Shown here in pieces: positions 11,980-24,602 of a stretch of 64,000 nucleotides of DNA (position 1 is the stretch's first letter; each line of letters begins with the position of its first letter). Source of the DNA: Gracilinanus agilis (Eukaryota); assembly GCF_016433145.1 (NCBI RefSeq), contig NC_058131.1, positions 86,387,756 through 86,451,755 on the forward strand. Reading direction: 5' to 3'. The position numbers were made by a program, and so were the translations under genes. The notes under the pieces are model-generated. The model saw only the letters and a list, made by a program, of their open reading frames with translations, searched no databases and was not told the origin of the DNA.

Positions 11980-12760
11980 CTAAGCTATGAATATGTTGGT
12001 AGATATTTAAAGATACAGATTGTGCTCTCAAAAATCTTACAGTTTAACAGAATAAGAAAACGATGGATATAAATAATAAAAGAGAAAATGTGATTAACCC
12101 AAAGGAGAGCCAAGGAACGGCAAGAAGAATTTCAGGGAGAAGAAGCAACTTTTGGCAGGGAACTGGTCAAGTGAGAAAAAGAAGTAAAGGAAAGCTTGAT
12201 GATAGACATTGGGGTTGGAAAGAAGATGGGAGTCTATTCTAAGCATGGTAAACAGTTTGAGCAAAGGCAAGGAATTGGGGAAAAAGCATAAAAATTATAG
12301 GGACCTGTAGAGTAGTCCAGTTGGATAGAGTACATAAAAGGAAGCAGTGCAATATTGATTAGAAGGGCAAGTTGGCATCTAATTGCAGAAGATCTTAAGT
12401 GCTAGGATTGGGAGTTATGCTTTATTCCATAAGCAATGAGGAACCCCTGAAAACAAAAAGAATAATAAGATAATGTGATGAGTCCATTAATAAGATTCAG
12501 TAGGTATCAGGATGAAGAATATATTAGAAGACAATAGACTTGAGGCAAGAAAGCCAGTCAGGAGATGATTAAAATAGTTTAAGTATGAGGAAATTGGGAC
12601 CTGTATGAAAAAAGATGTAATGGGAATGGAAAGAATGGGCCAGTTTATAGAGATAATAAAGAAATGGAATCAACAGGTTTTAACAGCTGACAATATACAG
12701 AGATAATATAGAAGAAGAGTATAAGATGACACTGAGCTTGTGTGACCTAGTAAACTTGGC
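11980..12760 (-). mobile_element. L2 LINE fragment
   Basis: Purine-rich degenerate reverse-L2 motifs (ctctcaaaaatcttacagttt, gcaatgaggaacccctga, gacttgaggcaagaaagccagtcaggag). Confidence 0.65.
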
Positions 12761-12812
12761 ATTGCTTCCTTTTAGTAAATCCATGTAGGCTTCTTATCAT
12801 TATTACCTTTTC

Positions 12813-13017
12813 TTTCTTTTTTTTAAACCCTTACCTTCTCTCTTGGAGTCAATACTGTGTATTGGCTCCAAGGCAGAAGAACAGTAAGAGTAGGCAATGG
12901 GGGTCAAGTGACTTGCCCAGGGTCACACAACTGGGAAGTGTCTGAGGTCAGATTTGAACCTAGGACCTCCTGTCTCTAGGCCTGGCTCTCAATCCAATGA
13001 GTTACCCAGCTACCCCC
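12813..13017 (-). mobile_element. SINE1_Mdo-type SINE, full length with TSD
   Basis: T-rich tail; 9-bp TSD taccttttc at 12804-12812 and 13018-13026. Confidence 0.95.
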
Positions 13018-14219
13018 TACCTTTTCCTTTTTAATCAAATATCCATACACCATCATTTTAAATAATTTGCTTTTATTCCAGCCACCACTTCCAAATTAGA
13101 ATGTCTTCTTTAGAATCATGCCCAGGCTTCTGATATTGTCTTTTTTTCTCTAAGATGTCCCCCAAATGTGTCTACTATGGTTATAGCCCAATCCCTGATG
13201 AATGACAGTATCCATTATTTAAGTGGATAATCAATTAGTTCAAGAACAGATTGCAACCTAATAGTTTTCTATATGTTGGCCAGCATGAGATGTAATCATT
13301 TTTGGGGGTTGGGAGGGTGGCACAAGGTCTAAGTAAGTGTGTTCCAAAACTTCTTTCCATGCCCAGTCACCAGTATTTCTAATATGTGTTAAGATATTAT
13401 AATATGATATTCAAAAATGGCTGGCTATGCAGTTGCAGGTTTATCCAGGCTCTTGCTCTTGTCTTTTGTCTGATGGCAGCCTGCCATCTGGGCCAATTCA
13501 TTGTTCATTAGCACCATTACCAGTGGGTGTGCCAGACATGAAATTCAAACAAGTCAATTTGGTTACTCATTAAGCAACTCTTGCAAAGCTTGGAGAGGAT
13601 AAGAGGTTGGAGCTGGTGGCCAGAATGAATTTGTGGCCATGAATTATCCCTCTCCTTACTTGAGAGAAAGACATTTTAGGAAATGATCTGAATTTGGCTT
13701 TTCTGCTTTGGAAAAGGTATGAACAGCGAATTCCTTAAATAGATAGAGACTGAAGTTCAGTCTGATCTTTACATTTATTTCTCATTTTTTCATTCTGCCA
13801 GTCTACCTTTCATATAAAAAAAGGACTCAGAAAATGGAGACTCAGAGGTTTAGTTTGCAGAGAACCATTATGAAGAGTAGTTGGATACTAACAAAAAAAG
13901 AGCAAAAGAAATACAAGGTTAGAAAAATTGCAAAATATATCACATGACTTTTGAAGCATACTGCTTTTGGGAAATTGGTGAAACAGAAATTAAAGCCAAG
14001 TATTGCTTTCCTCTTAGGCTGAATAAGGGAAGATCCTTTATGCTACAGGGACAATTTTCACAAAATGAAAATTTTGGGACCAAAGGTTCATATTCTCAGT
14101 TAAAATGCTATCAAGGTTAGAAGCAGAAAGGAACATTGAAGATAGATTCAAGATTATTTTTTTCTTTATTCCCCTTTAATGGTATATCTTGTTGAGTCTG
14201 TGGTTTCTTCTTCCTTTAC

Positions 14220-14390
14220 TTATCAAGTCAACAAGCATTTCTCATTTGGTACATACTGGCTGCACTAAGTCCTAAGAAAATGAAGGATAAAAAGAAAAGC
14301 AGAAACAAAGACAGTTCCAGCCCTCCAAGAACCTTCATTCTAATGAGGGAAGATAACACTTAGAAAAGAAACTGGTGTGTGGAGAGGGTT
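14220..14390 (-). mobile_element. L2 3' fragment
   Basis: caacaagcatttc...gcactaagtcc...ccagccctccaagaaccttcattctaatgagg. Confidence 0.65.
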
Positions 14391-14395
14391 CCAAT

Positions 14396-14565
14396 GAGTA
14401 GCTAGGTGGCTCAGTGAATGGAGATGGGAGATTCTGGGCTCAAATTTGTCTTCAGATACTTCTTAGCTATGAGCCTGGGCAAGTCCCTTTACCCCCAATT
14501 GCCTAGCTCTTACCTTTCTTCGGCCTTGGAATTGATACTTAATATCCATATTAAGATAGAAGGGA
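14396..14565 (+). mobile_element. SINE1_Mdo-type SINE, older copy
   Basis: gtagctaggtggctcagtg...cctgggcaagtccctttacccccaattgcctagc. Confidence 0.85.
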
Positions 14566-14728
14566 AAAGAAAAGATGAAAAGAGAAGAGAGGAAAGAAAA
14601 AGAGAGGAGAGGAGAGAAGACAAGACAAGACAAGACAAGAGGAGAAGAGAAGGGAAGAGAAAAGAGGAGAAAGAGAAAGAGGAGAAGGAGAGGGGGAGGG
14701 AAGGGATGGGAAAAGAAAAGGAGAAAAA
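14560..14728. repeat. Homopurine microsatellite (AAGAG/AGGAG/AAGAC units) at the SINE tail
   Basis: Direct reading; runs into a gap. Confidence 0.95.
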
Positions 14729-15338
14729 NNNNNNNNNNNNNNNNNNNNNNNNNNNNNNNNNNNNNNNNNNNNNNNNNNNNNNNNNNNNNNNNNNNNNNNN
14801 NNNNNNNNNNNNNNNNNNNNNNNNNNNNNNNNNNNNNNNNNNNNNNNNNNNNNNNNNNNNNNNNNNNNNNNNNNNNNNNNNNNNNNNNNNNNNNNNNNNN
14901 NNNNNNNNNNNNNNNNNNNNNNNNNNNNNNNNNNNNNNNNNNNNNNNNNNNNNNNNNNNNNNNNNNNNNNNNNNNNNNNNNNNNNNNNNNNNNNNNNNNN
15001 NNNNNNNNNNNNNNNNNNNNNNNNNNNNNNNNNNNNNNNNNNNNNNNNNNNNNNNNNNNNNNNNNNNNNNNNNNNNNNNNNNNNNNNNNNNNNNNNNNNN
15101 NNNNNNNNNNNNNNNNNNNNNNNNNNNNNNNNNNNNNNNNNNNNNNNNNNNNNNNNNNNNNNNNNNNNNNNNNNNNNNNNNNNNNNNNNNNNNNNNNNNN
15201 NNNNNNNNNNNNNNNNNNNNNNNNNNNNNNNNNNNNNNNNNNNNNNNNNNNNNNNNNNNNNNNNNNNNNNNNNNNNNNNNNNNNNNNNNNNNNNNNNNNN
15301 NNNNNNNNNNNNNNNNNNNNNNNNNNNNNNNNNNNNNN
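14729..15338. other. Assembly gap (610 N)
   Basis: N run. Confidence 1.
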
Positions 15339-17114
15339 CTTAGTGGAGAAAAAAAATCAGAGCTGAAATTTGAACCTTAGTCTTTGACCCTTATGTCAAC
15401 TCTATCCACTAAAACATGCCATAAGCATGAAATATATACATCTACATTGTCATATGTGTCCATATAAAATATACTTGCATATACATATTACAATTGGGTT
15501 CAACGATAAAAAAGATGATAAAAATTAGCATTGTCCATCCATTCTTCTCCGTGCTCAGCAAACTCTCTTAGCACAGTCACTACTGACACCCTCCTCGGAA
15601 TACACTTTCTTTGGCTTACAGGCTCTGAGCATGTGACATCAGAAGGTCTGGCATTGCCATGGCAGCAGTCCCAAAGCAAGACAACAAAGCCTTTAGAACA
15701 TAAAACTGTCCGGTTTGCAGCCCTCGACAAGGCAGTCAGAGCTCAAAACAGAATTCCATTTTCATTTCAGCATCAGGATAAAGTTTCCAATCTATTTCTT
15801 AATTTCAGAACATCATTCTCCTATTTGAGGGCAAAGTAAATCACTTTTCCAAGGCGCATTTGAGATGAAAAGGTATTCTATAAGAAGATAATTACAGTAA
15901 ACCCTTTTTAATACAGGGAGATTATTGGGCCAGCTACCAGAAATCAAGAAATATTTATAATCACATCCAACTGTGGACTTTCATCTATAAATCTAAACAG
16001 AAAACTCTAATCCTACAGTCTGTAAGCTGATGCCATGCCTATATATGGTCACAGCGCTCTTAAAAAGAGGGGGTGGGGAGAAACAGATGCTATGCTGCTT
16101 ACACTGTGTATATATGTTTTACTGCAGGGATCTGTTAACCTCCGCAAAATTTACAAGTACGAGATCATTAATCAGCTTTACCCAAGCACACGTCATGCTT
16201 TCCATTTTAAGAGGCCACAGAACTCCCTCCTCCCTAAGGGAAGGCTCACTGTTTGTAACACCAAAGTTCTTCCCAGACTTTCTTAGAAAAGGATGTCTTA
16301 GACCACATAAAAGTGGGCTGGATTCCACCTTCAGTGGGCTTGAAAAACTCACCCAGATGAAGGCAGAAGGTGGGATTTATTCTTGTGCCTGCCCCGTCAC
16401 CCATCTCCTCTGCCTTCTGGCCACGAAGGATGTTTCCTATGAGCTTTCTAAAAGTCTATTTGGAATTTGCAACATTTTCCACCCTTCTATCCGGGGCTCC
16501 TGGTCTCTTCCAAGCTGAGTTTGTAGAAATGGGAAACTTGTAAAACAGTACCAACTTTTCCTTAGCTGACACATAATTGTTTATAGAATGCATTTGAAAA
16601 AAATGTTTCATTCATGCCCCATGTGTAATGGTGGAAAAGTCATTATCTCAGGTTTGGCTTTTAATATATATATAGAGAGAAGGTAAATTGCCTCAGACAC
16701 TGGCAAGGGACCTCTTGGAGGAGCGAATGGGTATGGGGAGAATGACTAAGGGGAAAAAAGGAATTCATGCAGAACACTAGCACTGAGTAGCCTACTAGAG
16801 CACAGTCATTGGGAATGGAGGTTTGTCCAGCACCAAGTCTGCAAGATCAGTTTATATTCCAACACTTTAATTTGTAGAATAAAGACAAGAGAAGCTTTTC
16901 ATTTTATATGATCCTTGAGTTCCTTGGCAACAGGCTCATTTTTTTTTGTTTTGTTTTTTTGGCATATAAGGCTGTCTCCTCAGATGGCGGCTATTATTAG
17001 GTTTTAAGCTGTTATAGTGGTAAGGGTGAGATTATAAATGTACAAATGCCATGAAATGAAAAATTAAAGTTTTTGACTTAGTATATTATTCTCTGACCCC
17101 TTTCTAAGACAGAG

Positions 17115-17345
17115 AAAGGCAATATGGCTTGGTGAAAAGAGCACGGAGATCTGGGATCAGAAAATCAACATCTGAACTCAGTTACCAACTAGCAATTGAG
17201 GAACTGGGTAGGTCATTTTTCTGAGACTCACATTTAACATCTTTATAATGAGGTTGATTTTTTTTTTTTTACTCTTTGAAAACTTCATTTCATTATGATC
17301 AAATAAGATAACACATGTAAGGTGCTTAAAGTTCCATATTAATGT
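17115..17345 (+). mobile_element. MIR SINE (degenerate)
   Basis: atggcttggtgaaaagagcac...ctgagactcacatttaacatctttataatgagg...aagataacacatgtaaggtgctt. Confidence 0.65.
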
Positions 17346-17759
17346 CAACTGCATTGAGCTTTGTGTTTGAGTTTGTGAGCATATGTATTTTCTCCCTGAA
17401 GTCTGCCTACTTTTTTTTTTTTTACAATTTTTACCAATAAGCCAATCCTATAGAATAAAACTCAATGATTATAGAATTTTATTTATTATATTATTATAGA
17501 AACTTCATGGTCTATTTTAAGATCATGCCAAAGAATTAAATTTTAAAGAAAATTTATGAAACAAGAAAGACCATCTATAAAACTTTTTTTAAATTTGAAT
17601 ATTTGATATTTATGAGTTATACCTGCTTGTTCCTTCCTTCCTCTTCTCTATCTCCTGGCTTTAAGTTTCAGCTAAACCCAGTCTTTTCCAACTTCTACAG
17701 GCTGCCTCTAATTCTAACCTTAAATCTAGCATCTTTTATTATTTATCTACAATTTTCCT

Positions 17760-17905
17760 TGTATAACTTGGTTGTACCTAGTTGTATAAGTTATCTTCTT
17801 GAGACTATGAGGTTCTTGAGAACAAAGACTCTTTCATCTTTCTTTGTATCTCCAGAGTTTAGCCCAGTGGCTGGCACATAAAAGGTGCTTAATAAATGTT
17901 TGTTA
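17760..17905 (+). mobile_element. L2 3' end
   Basis: cttgagactatgaggttcttgag...gcccagtggctggcacataaaaggtgcttaataaatgtttgtt. Confidence 0.8.
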
Positions 17906-18466
17906 TCTGAATTATGGAGTGGGTGGTTCCCTAAACATAGATGCTGCTCATCTTTTGAAAAGTATCAGCAACAGTGGTCATAGGTGAAGGACTCAAAGAA
18001 AGTCAGCTATTTGGGGACCTAGATTCACTTCAGTTAATAAATGTGTAGCTCTGAGATGTTTTGGACCAATTGATCAGGTAACACTTAAAACTCTTGACAT
18101 TTCCCCAAGGGAGATTATCATCCTCACCTAGATAAGATTAAAGTAGGATCAATGGTGAAGATAAAGTTTTAGGAATTAGTAAACACATTCTAGGCTGATT
18201 GTCCTGCTAACTAGCTGTGTGACTTTGAGCTAGTCATTTAATTTTGCTAGTCCAAAGGTTTCTCATCTACAATGAAGGTCCAGGACTAAGTGAATTTCCA
18301 AGTCATTTCCAACTCTTAGATGGTTTAGCTAATTGAGCTAAATTTGTATTTTTGGAATGCCTTTAAACTAGATTTCTTTGATTTGTGTAAATTTAAAAAC
18401 AATATGTAAAAATGTGAATAGATAAATAACATTACCTTTGCATACTACATTTAGTAAGGTGGTATA

Positions 18467-18725
18467 GTTGTTGCTGCTTAGTCATTTCAGCCATTTCCAA
18501 TTCTTGGTAACCTCTATGGGATTTTTCTAGGCAAAGATATTGGAGTGGTTTACCATTTCCTTCTCCAGCTAATTTTACAAATGATGAAAGTAAGACAAAC
18601 AGGGTTAAGTGATTTGTCCAGAGTCGTGCACAGCTAGGAAGTATCACAGGTCAGATTTGAACTCAAGAATTTGAGTCGTCTGGACTCCAGACCTGACTCT
18701 CCACTCACTATATGCAGCCTAGATG
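18467..18725 (-). mobile_element. MAR1-type (CORE/RTE-tail) SINE
   Basis: gttgttgctg...ggcaaagatattggagtggtttaccatttccttctccagc...gggttaagtgatttgtccagag. Confidence 0.9.
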
Positions 18726-18729
18726 GTAT

Positions 18730-18930
18730 AGTAGAGCATTGTATTTTAAGTATTGTATTTCAGTTCTGGAAGATCTGACTTTAAATCCATTCTCACACTC
18801 TTTATTAGCTGTTGGACTCTGAGTAAGTCATTTATCCTGTCAGGCTCATTTTCCTTATCTGTAAAATGGGGATGATAGTTGTACCTCCCAAGATGCTTCA
18901 AAACCTTAGAAGTATGACATAAATTCCAAT
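18730..18930 (+). mobile_element. MIR SINE
   Basis: ctgagtaagtcattt...ctcattttccttatctgtaaaatggggatgatag. Confidence 0.75.
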
Positions 18931-18989
18931 TATTTTTTAAATGTTCCCTCAGGATATTAACAATAATAACTGAATTCATGGAGTGTTTT

Positions 18990-19200
18990 AAAGGATAGAA
19001 AGCAACTTTAAGCACATCATATCATTCTATTATCACAATTATCCTATGATGTAGACAGTATAAGCATTCTTATTATTTTACAGATAAAGAAAATGAGTCT
19101 CAGAGAAGTTGTGACTTGTCTGTGATCACATCTAGTGAATTTTTTGTTACAAGATTTGAACCCAACTTTTCCTCATTAACAATCCAGAATTTTACTATGA
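18990..19200 (-). mobile_element. MIR SINE
   Basis: attttacagataaagaaaatgagtctcagagaagttgtgacttg...gatttgaaccca. Confidence 0.75.
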
Positions 19201-20659
19201 TATTTTTATTTTCATAAAAAGGGTTAAACCTTGTAAAAATAACCACTAAAAATCAAAGGTGTCCTAAAGAAAACTTTATGTTTGAAGTTTAATTTCATAA
19301 CTCTGAAGGTATATTTATTTGACAAAGTGATCCCTCTAATAATTATTATTACTGTTATTTATAAGATAAAATTATCAAAACAAGAATGAGAATTTATTTT
19401 TGAGCAGTGTCTTTAATGGAGTCACCTATCTCTGGTTCCCAAAAATGAATTTAAATAGACAAGTAAGAACAGACTGGAAAGGACAATCACCAAAATCTCA
19501 TTGTTGTTTTGAAAAAAATACTTGATGCTATGCTTGAGCTGATGTTTGTCTCAGCAAATAGCTAATATTTTAAAGGAATTTAGATGTTCTAGCAATTGTT
19601 GCCATTTAATGGGCCAAACCAGAGTGAAATAAATCTGCCTTCCAAGTCATGAAATTAAACCTTCTCGGATATAAAGATGTCTGCTTCACACAAATACTTC
19701 TGAAAATATGTCCCTGAACATCAGTACTTTTTTTCCAACTGATATTGATTGTTTTCTTTTTTCTTTTTCAATACAGCTAGAAACTCCTAAGCCAGTCTAA
19801 GCCTAGGGAACAATTTTTTAATCAATTAATGTGTCCCCAGGAAGTCCATTGAGCAGTTCCTCTTAGTTTTAGGATATCCCCTGTAGCTTTTTCTTGGCCC
19901 TGGTTAAATGCTAGTTTTGCCAGTTCCTTTTTTTTTTATGAGGGATGAAATTTATTTTTCTTTTATTTGACCTAGTTTAAAATCTTATAGTTTTAATTGT
20001 GTCAAATTTTAGCTAAGAAATTGCAAGGTGACACCATGCTTTAGGATTAATGGATGAGGGGAGATCAAGAGATTTAAACAATTGCTTTATACTTAACCTC
20101 TCTTTTTAAAATATGGTATTATTGTTGGAACTATAGAGATGCAGCCAGAGAGGATAAAGGAACTACAAGATTTAGGAACTGATACTGCAACACTCCCTAG
20201 TTTTTATATTTCAGTACCCTTCTCTGCAAAAGACATTTGAATAGAGACTAGATTTTCCAGAACTCAAAAATTGTCTTCAGGATCTCAATCATTGCAACAG
20301 CCAGGCGACTTTCTGTTTATACCTTCTTTAATTACAGGGCTAGTCACTTAATTGTGAAGTTACATGACCTTCATTTATGTCCTTGACCACTGAAAATGTG
20401 TAGAAATGTCTTAGCAATGCTTTCAGTTCTCCTTTCTCAGGGGATCCTGCCCCAGGCTTCCTCCACCCTATAGGGTTAAACCTCTTCTAAACCCTTAGGT
20501 AAAAGGAGTCTATCCCTCCTAAACACCTCATGGAATTTTGCTTATAACTCACTTTTGAGATGATCACATTGTCCTCTATGTAATGATTATTTGTATATTT
20601 ATCCATTCCCACATTGGAAAAGTGAGTTGTACCTAGCAACAGGAGACACTGACAAAACT

Positions 20660-20940
20660 TGATTGACCAAGATCAATTAATTTGATATCTCTTAACCTCA
20701 ATTTTCTCATCTATCAAATAGGGATATTGTCTATAATATCTATATTGGAGAGTTGTGAGAATTAAATGAGATCATGCATGGAAAGCATTCACAAATTGTA
20801 ATTTGGCGTGTAAGTATTAGGTATTATCAATCAACGAAATTTATTAAATGCTTATTATGAAAACTAGGGATACAGAGAATGGAAACAAGAACCCTTGACC
20901 TCAAGAAGCTCTCATTCTAAAGGGAGAGACAAGATACAAA
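20660..20940. mobile_element. MIR fragment (+) followed by L2 3' fragment (-)
   Basis: ctcaattttctcatctatcaaataggg; then aaatttattaaatgcttatt...ccttgacctcaagaagctctcattctaaaggg. Confidence 0.65.
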
Positions 20941-21050
20941 GAATAAAGGGATTGCTGTAATATAGGAAATAATGAATACAGGGAGGAAACAAGCACTAAA
21001 TACTGTAAAAATTTTGTATAATTTGATCCTTGCTATCCTAGAAGGTGTTA

Positions 21051-21270
21051 TTATTATTCACTTGTTTCAGTTGTGTTTGACTTTTTGTGACCCTATTTGG
21101 AATTTCCTTGGCAAAGAGACTAGAGTGGTTTGCCATTTCCTTTTCCACCACATTTCACAAATGAAGAAATCAAGGCAAATGGGATTAAATGACTTGCCCA
21201 GGATCACACAGCTAGTAAATATCTAAGGCAAAATCTTTATGTGTTCTATCCACTGTACCACCTAGGTGCC
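21051..21270 (-). mobile_element. MAR1-type SINE with internal deletion
   Basis: ttgtgaccctatttggaatttccttggcaaagagactagagtggtttgccatttcc...ccactgtaccacctagg. Confidence 0.9.
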
Positions 21271-21279
21271 ATGATAGTA

Positions 21280-21437
21280 GTAATTACTATTATCCTTATT
21301 TGTAGTTAAAAAAACTAAGGTAGATAGAGGTTAAGTGAGTTGCCCAGGGTCTCAGGGCTGATGTGTGAGATCATATTTAAACTCAGGTCTTCCTGACTCT
21401 GGGCTCAAGCACTCTGTCCATTATGTCACCTAGGTAG
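21280..21437 (-). mobile_element. MIR/CORE SINE
   Basis: gaggttaagtgagttgcccaggg...actcaggtcttcctgactc. Confidence 0.75.
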
Positions 21438-22109
21438 ACTGGGAAATACAGAATCGTATAAGTTAAGTCATAGACTTTGCTAATACCTCTCGCTTTTCAT
21501 TTTTACACAAAGAAATAGAGTTTATGGAAAATAAATTCTTTCCCTAAGGTCAAGGGGATAGCACAAGGTATGTTCCCCATCCAAGCTTAATATCATACTC
21601 CTGGACTTTCCAACACCAGGCTCATCCATGTGAAACTTATCTCTCTTATTATCTCTCCAAGTTGTGCTACTACTTCTGGATACCACCCACATCCCACTAT
21701 TAGTGTTTACTATGTAGGACAGGTTTTTTTTTTTTGAGGGCACAATCATTTATGTCTGGACACTGAGAGCCAACTCTCACTTACACAGAGTGTAACTGGG
21801 ATGCCATACAAAGGAAATCCTGATAAATCCAAAATAACTCCTGGCAACAATCTCCATGTCCCCTTTTCTAGAGTTGTCAGTTTTCTGGCAAATTTAACTA
21901 TTGTGAATTTTATTTTCTTTGTTTGCATAGAAATGTGTGTATTCCAGGGTAGCAGAAAATGAAAATAGAAAATTTTAAAGTACTGCATCACCCACCAATT
22001 GGAAATCATCCCCATTCTACCCTCTAGAAAATCAAGAATTGGCTATGAAAATATAATCACATGGTGCCTTGGAAAAATTTCAGTGGATAATAGCCATCTG
22101 TACCTTAGT

Positions 22110-22310
22110 GCAAGTGTTCTTGTTCCTCTTGCGTGCGTGTCATAGGCTCCTTGGGCAGTCTGGTGAAGCCTGTGGCTCCCTTCTCAGAATAATGTATTTA
22201 AATGTATGAAATGAAATTCATAAGATTCAAAAGGAAAGCAATTACATGGAAATATAGTTATCAAAATATTTTTAAAATAAGTTTACAGAATGTGCTGTAA
22301 GAACTCCTTC
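22110..22310. mobile_element. Old hAT/Charlie-type MITE, copy 1
   Basis: ggcagtctggtgaagcctgtggctcccttctcagaataatg...aattacatggaaatatagttatcaaaatat; related copies near 47525 and 58480. Confidence 0.7.
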
Positions 22311-23634
22311 CCTAGTAAGAAGTCTACACATATTCATCTGCCTAGCAGCATGAAGAGATCAATAAATGTATAGAAGGTGATCCTCTGTGGCTTTCCTGGA
22401 TTGCATTCCATCTGATCTCAAGCAAAAAAAGTTCTATCTGGAAGTATCAGAGCTGGGAAATGTATCTTACTTAGAGACCTTGTTTCACTTGCAGTTGACA
22501 TCTTTGCAAGGTGGGGAGAGGAGGAAGAATGAGTAAGATCTAATTAAAATTGAACTATGATGCATTTTTTTAAAATGAAAGATTCTCTGTTTATGACATG
22601 TTCCATGAGACACTATCACTGCTCTATTTTGGTCAAATACATATACCCTACAGAATGTTCAAGAGAGATCATTCAAATAATTATTCCATGGGTGGTTTAC
22701 CAGTTTGCTAGTTTGTTCCCTGACTTCATCAGAAAGGGAACTGATGAATCCTGAGGCTTTATATAGCAGGGCATATTTTTTTTTAAAAAGAATAAGATAA
22801 TTAGGTAGACTGATATTAAGCTCCTACTCTTCCCTGAATGAGATGACCAGCCGAATGCTTAACCATAGTAACTAGAAAGCCCAACCTAGGTTCTTCCAAG
22901 GAAATTCCCATACTTCCCAAACAGAAAACATTCAAACTAATTTGCTGGAGTTTGCTGTATTTAACATCTTAAACTATCAGGGAAGCCATTTTCTCTCATG
23001 TGCTGTAACACATTCTCTTCAAGGGCTCAGAGACAGATGCTCGAATAAAAATTTTTTTATTGGTTTAGGTTTGACTGAAGTCAGTGTTAATTATTCTACA
23101 CTAACAGGCACTGCCAACTGGACTTGGTGCATGTTTCATCCAGATAAAGAAAAAAAACAAAGTAAATGATGGCAAGTGATAAGCTTCTACTTCTTTTACC
23201 TAGGCACTTATTAGAACTCTTTTCAGTGATTACAATTAATAGAATGTTCTGAGAAATGCGGGGCCCCAGAGAAGGTAGTGAACCATTTTAAAGGAGATTT
23301 GCACAATTTCTGGATGGTAAATTTCACTCACTGATTTGGCTATCCCTGGCTTTGGCCTCAGCACAGAACTGAGGGTTACCAGGTGTCCTACTTCTTTAGG
23401 GAATGTGCTACTTTTTAGCAAATCAGCCTATGTGCCAGCCTCAAAGTAGGACAATAAAAATGCCATTTTTTTTTCTGTGACACTTTGGGTCCTTTAGACA
23501 TATGCATAATAATCATCACGAGAACAATATTGTATAATACATTTTAAAGAACACTGGACTACCTGTCAGAAGACCAGATTCTGGTTCCAGAGAACTCTGC
23601 CCTATATATATGTCATATATATTATATAATAATA

Positions 23635-23845
23635 ACTAGCATTCACATAGTGCTTTTAAGATTTGTAAAGTCAAAATGTTACCTCATCTTATTTTTATAT
23701 CAACTCCAGGAGAAAAGTGCTATTATTATCCTTACTTTACAGATAAAGAAACTGAGGCAAACTAAAGGTTGATTGAGAGGTAGAATTTGAACTCACATCT
23801 CTTCCTGATCCTGTGTTCCCCATTCTATCCACTTTACTACCTAGT
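23635..23845 (-). mobile_element. MIR SINE
   Basis: ctttacagataaagaaactgaggcaaact...gaatttgaactc. Confidence 0.8.
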
Positions 23846-24079
23846 TCCCTCATTCTGGAATATCTGGAATTATCTGGAATAATGGTTTCAGATTAGGGCA
23901 CAACAGTTGATGAAGTGCAATAATAAACTGGAAAAACTTTAGGGAAAGACAATCAGACTAGTTTTCTCCCTCAAAGTCGTGATCTATGAAGAATCCATTA
24001 ATGGTCTCTCAAGATCCAATGAAGAAGGGATTAGATTTGCTCTCTTTTTGGCCTTAGTGGGAAGAATGAAGAAAAAAAA

Positions 24080-24470
24080 TGGATTGCAATATGGTAGAAA
24101 GAACAGACCTGCCTATCATACTTACCACCTGTGCACCCTTGGCCATATCACAGCCTTCTAAAGTCTCATTTTCTTCAGCTGAAAAAAAGGGAAGTTTGGG
24201 CTATAGAAGCCTCTGAAATCTCCCTTTTAGCTGGAAGTCTATGACCTAAATGCAATGGTGAAGAAGCAAATTTAGGTTGGATGAAAGGACATTTTTCTCA
24301 ACTCTCAGAGTTGTCTAAAAAAGGTGCCTGAGGGGGGATTCTGATCCCCTTCCCTTGAGATGTCCAAGAAAGGAGCATATGGCATCCTTCTGAGTAGGTT
24401 ATAAAGGTGCTAATCTTTGAGATACGATTTGGACTAGAGGGCCTTTGAGGTATCTTCTAGTAGAAATTCT
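24080..24470 (+). mobile_element. MIR3-like fragment followed by L3 3' end
   Basis: ctcattttcttcagctgaaaa; then ttggactagagggcctttgaggtatcttc. Confidence 0.6.
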
Positions 24471-24602
24471 CAAAATCTATTATTCTCTAATTGAGGAAGT
24501 TTAGCCTCCAGGAGAAAAACCAGGTGGGGGTAGCATGCAATCCTTTCCAATTATGAAAGCAGGGTTTCATTCATCTATATAGATCTCCAAGCTTAGAAGA
24601 AT

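Noticed and set aside
14418-15380. Long ORFs of 263-329 aa here, at 28552-29554, and shorter ones across the 34.8, 44.5 and 49 kb gaps
   Set aside because: They are open only because they run through N gaps and purine microsatellites.
16030-16518. 162-aa plus-strand ORF
   Set aside because: No recognisable domain, composition typical of random noncoding translation, and no promoter or splice support.
22725-22748. 8-bp inverted repeat ttcatcag/ctgatgaa
   Set aside because: This length is expected by chance in 64 kb.
23332-23427. Minus-strand 96-nt open segment ending at a gtgagt donor (ADLLKSSTFPKEV...)
   Set aside because: The acceptor lacks a polypyrimidine tract and there is no homology.
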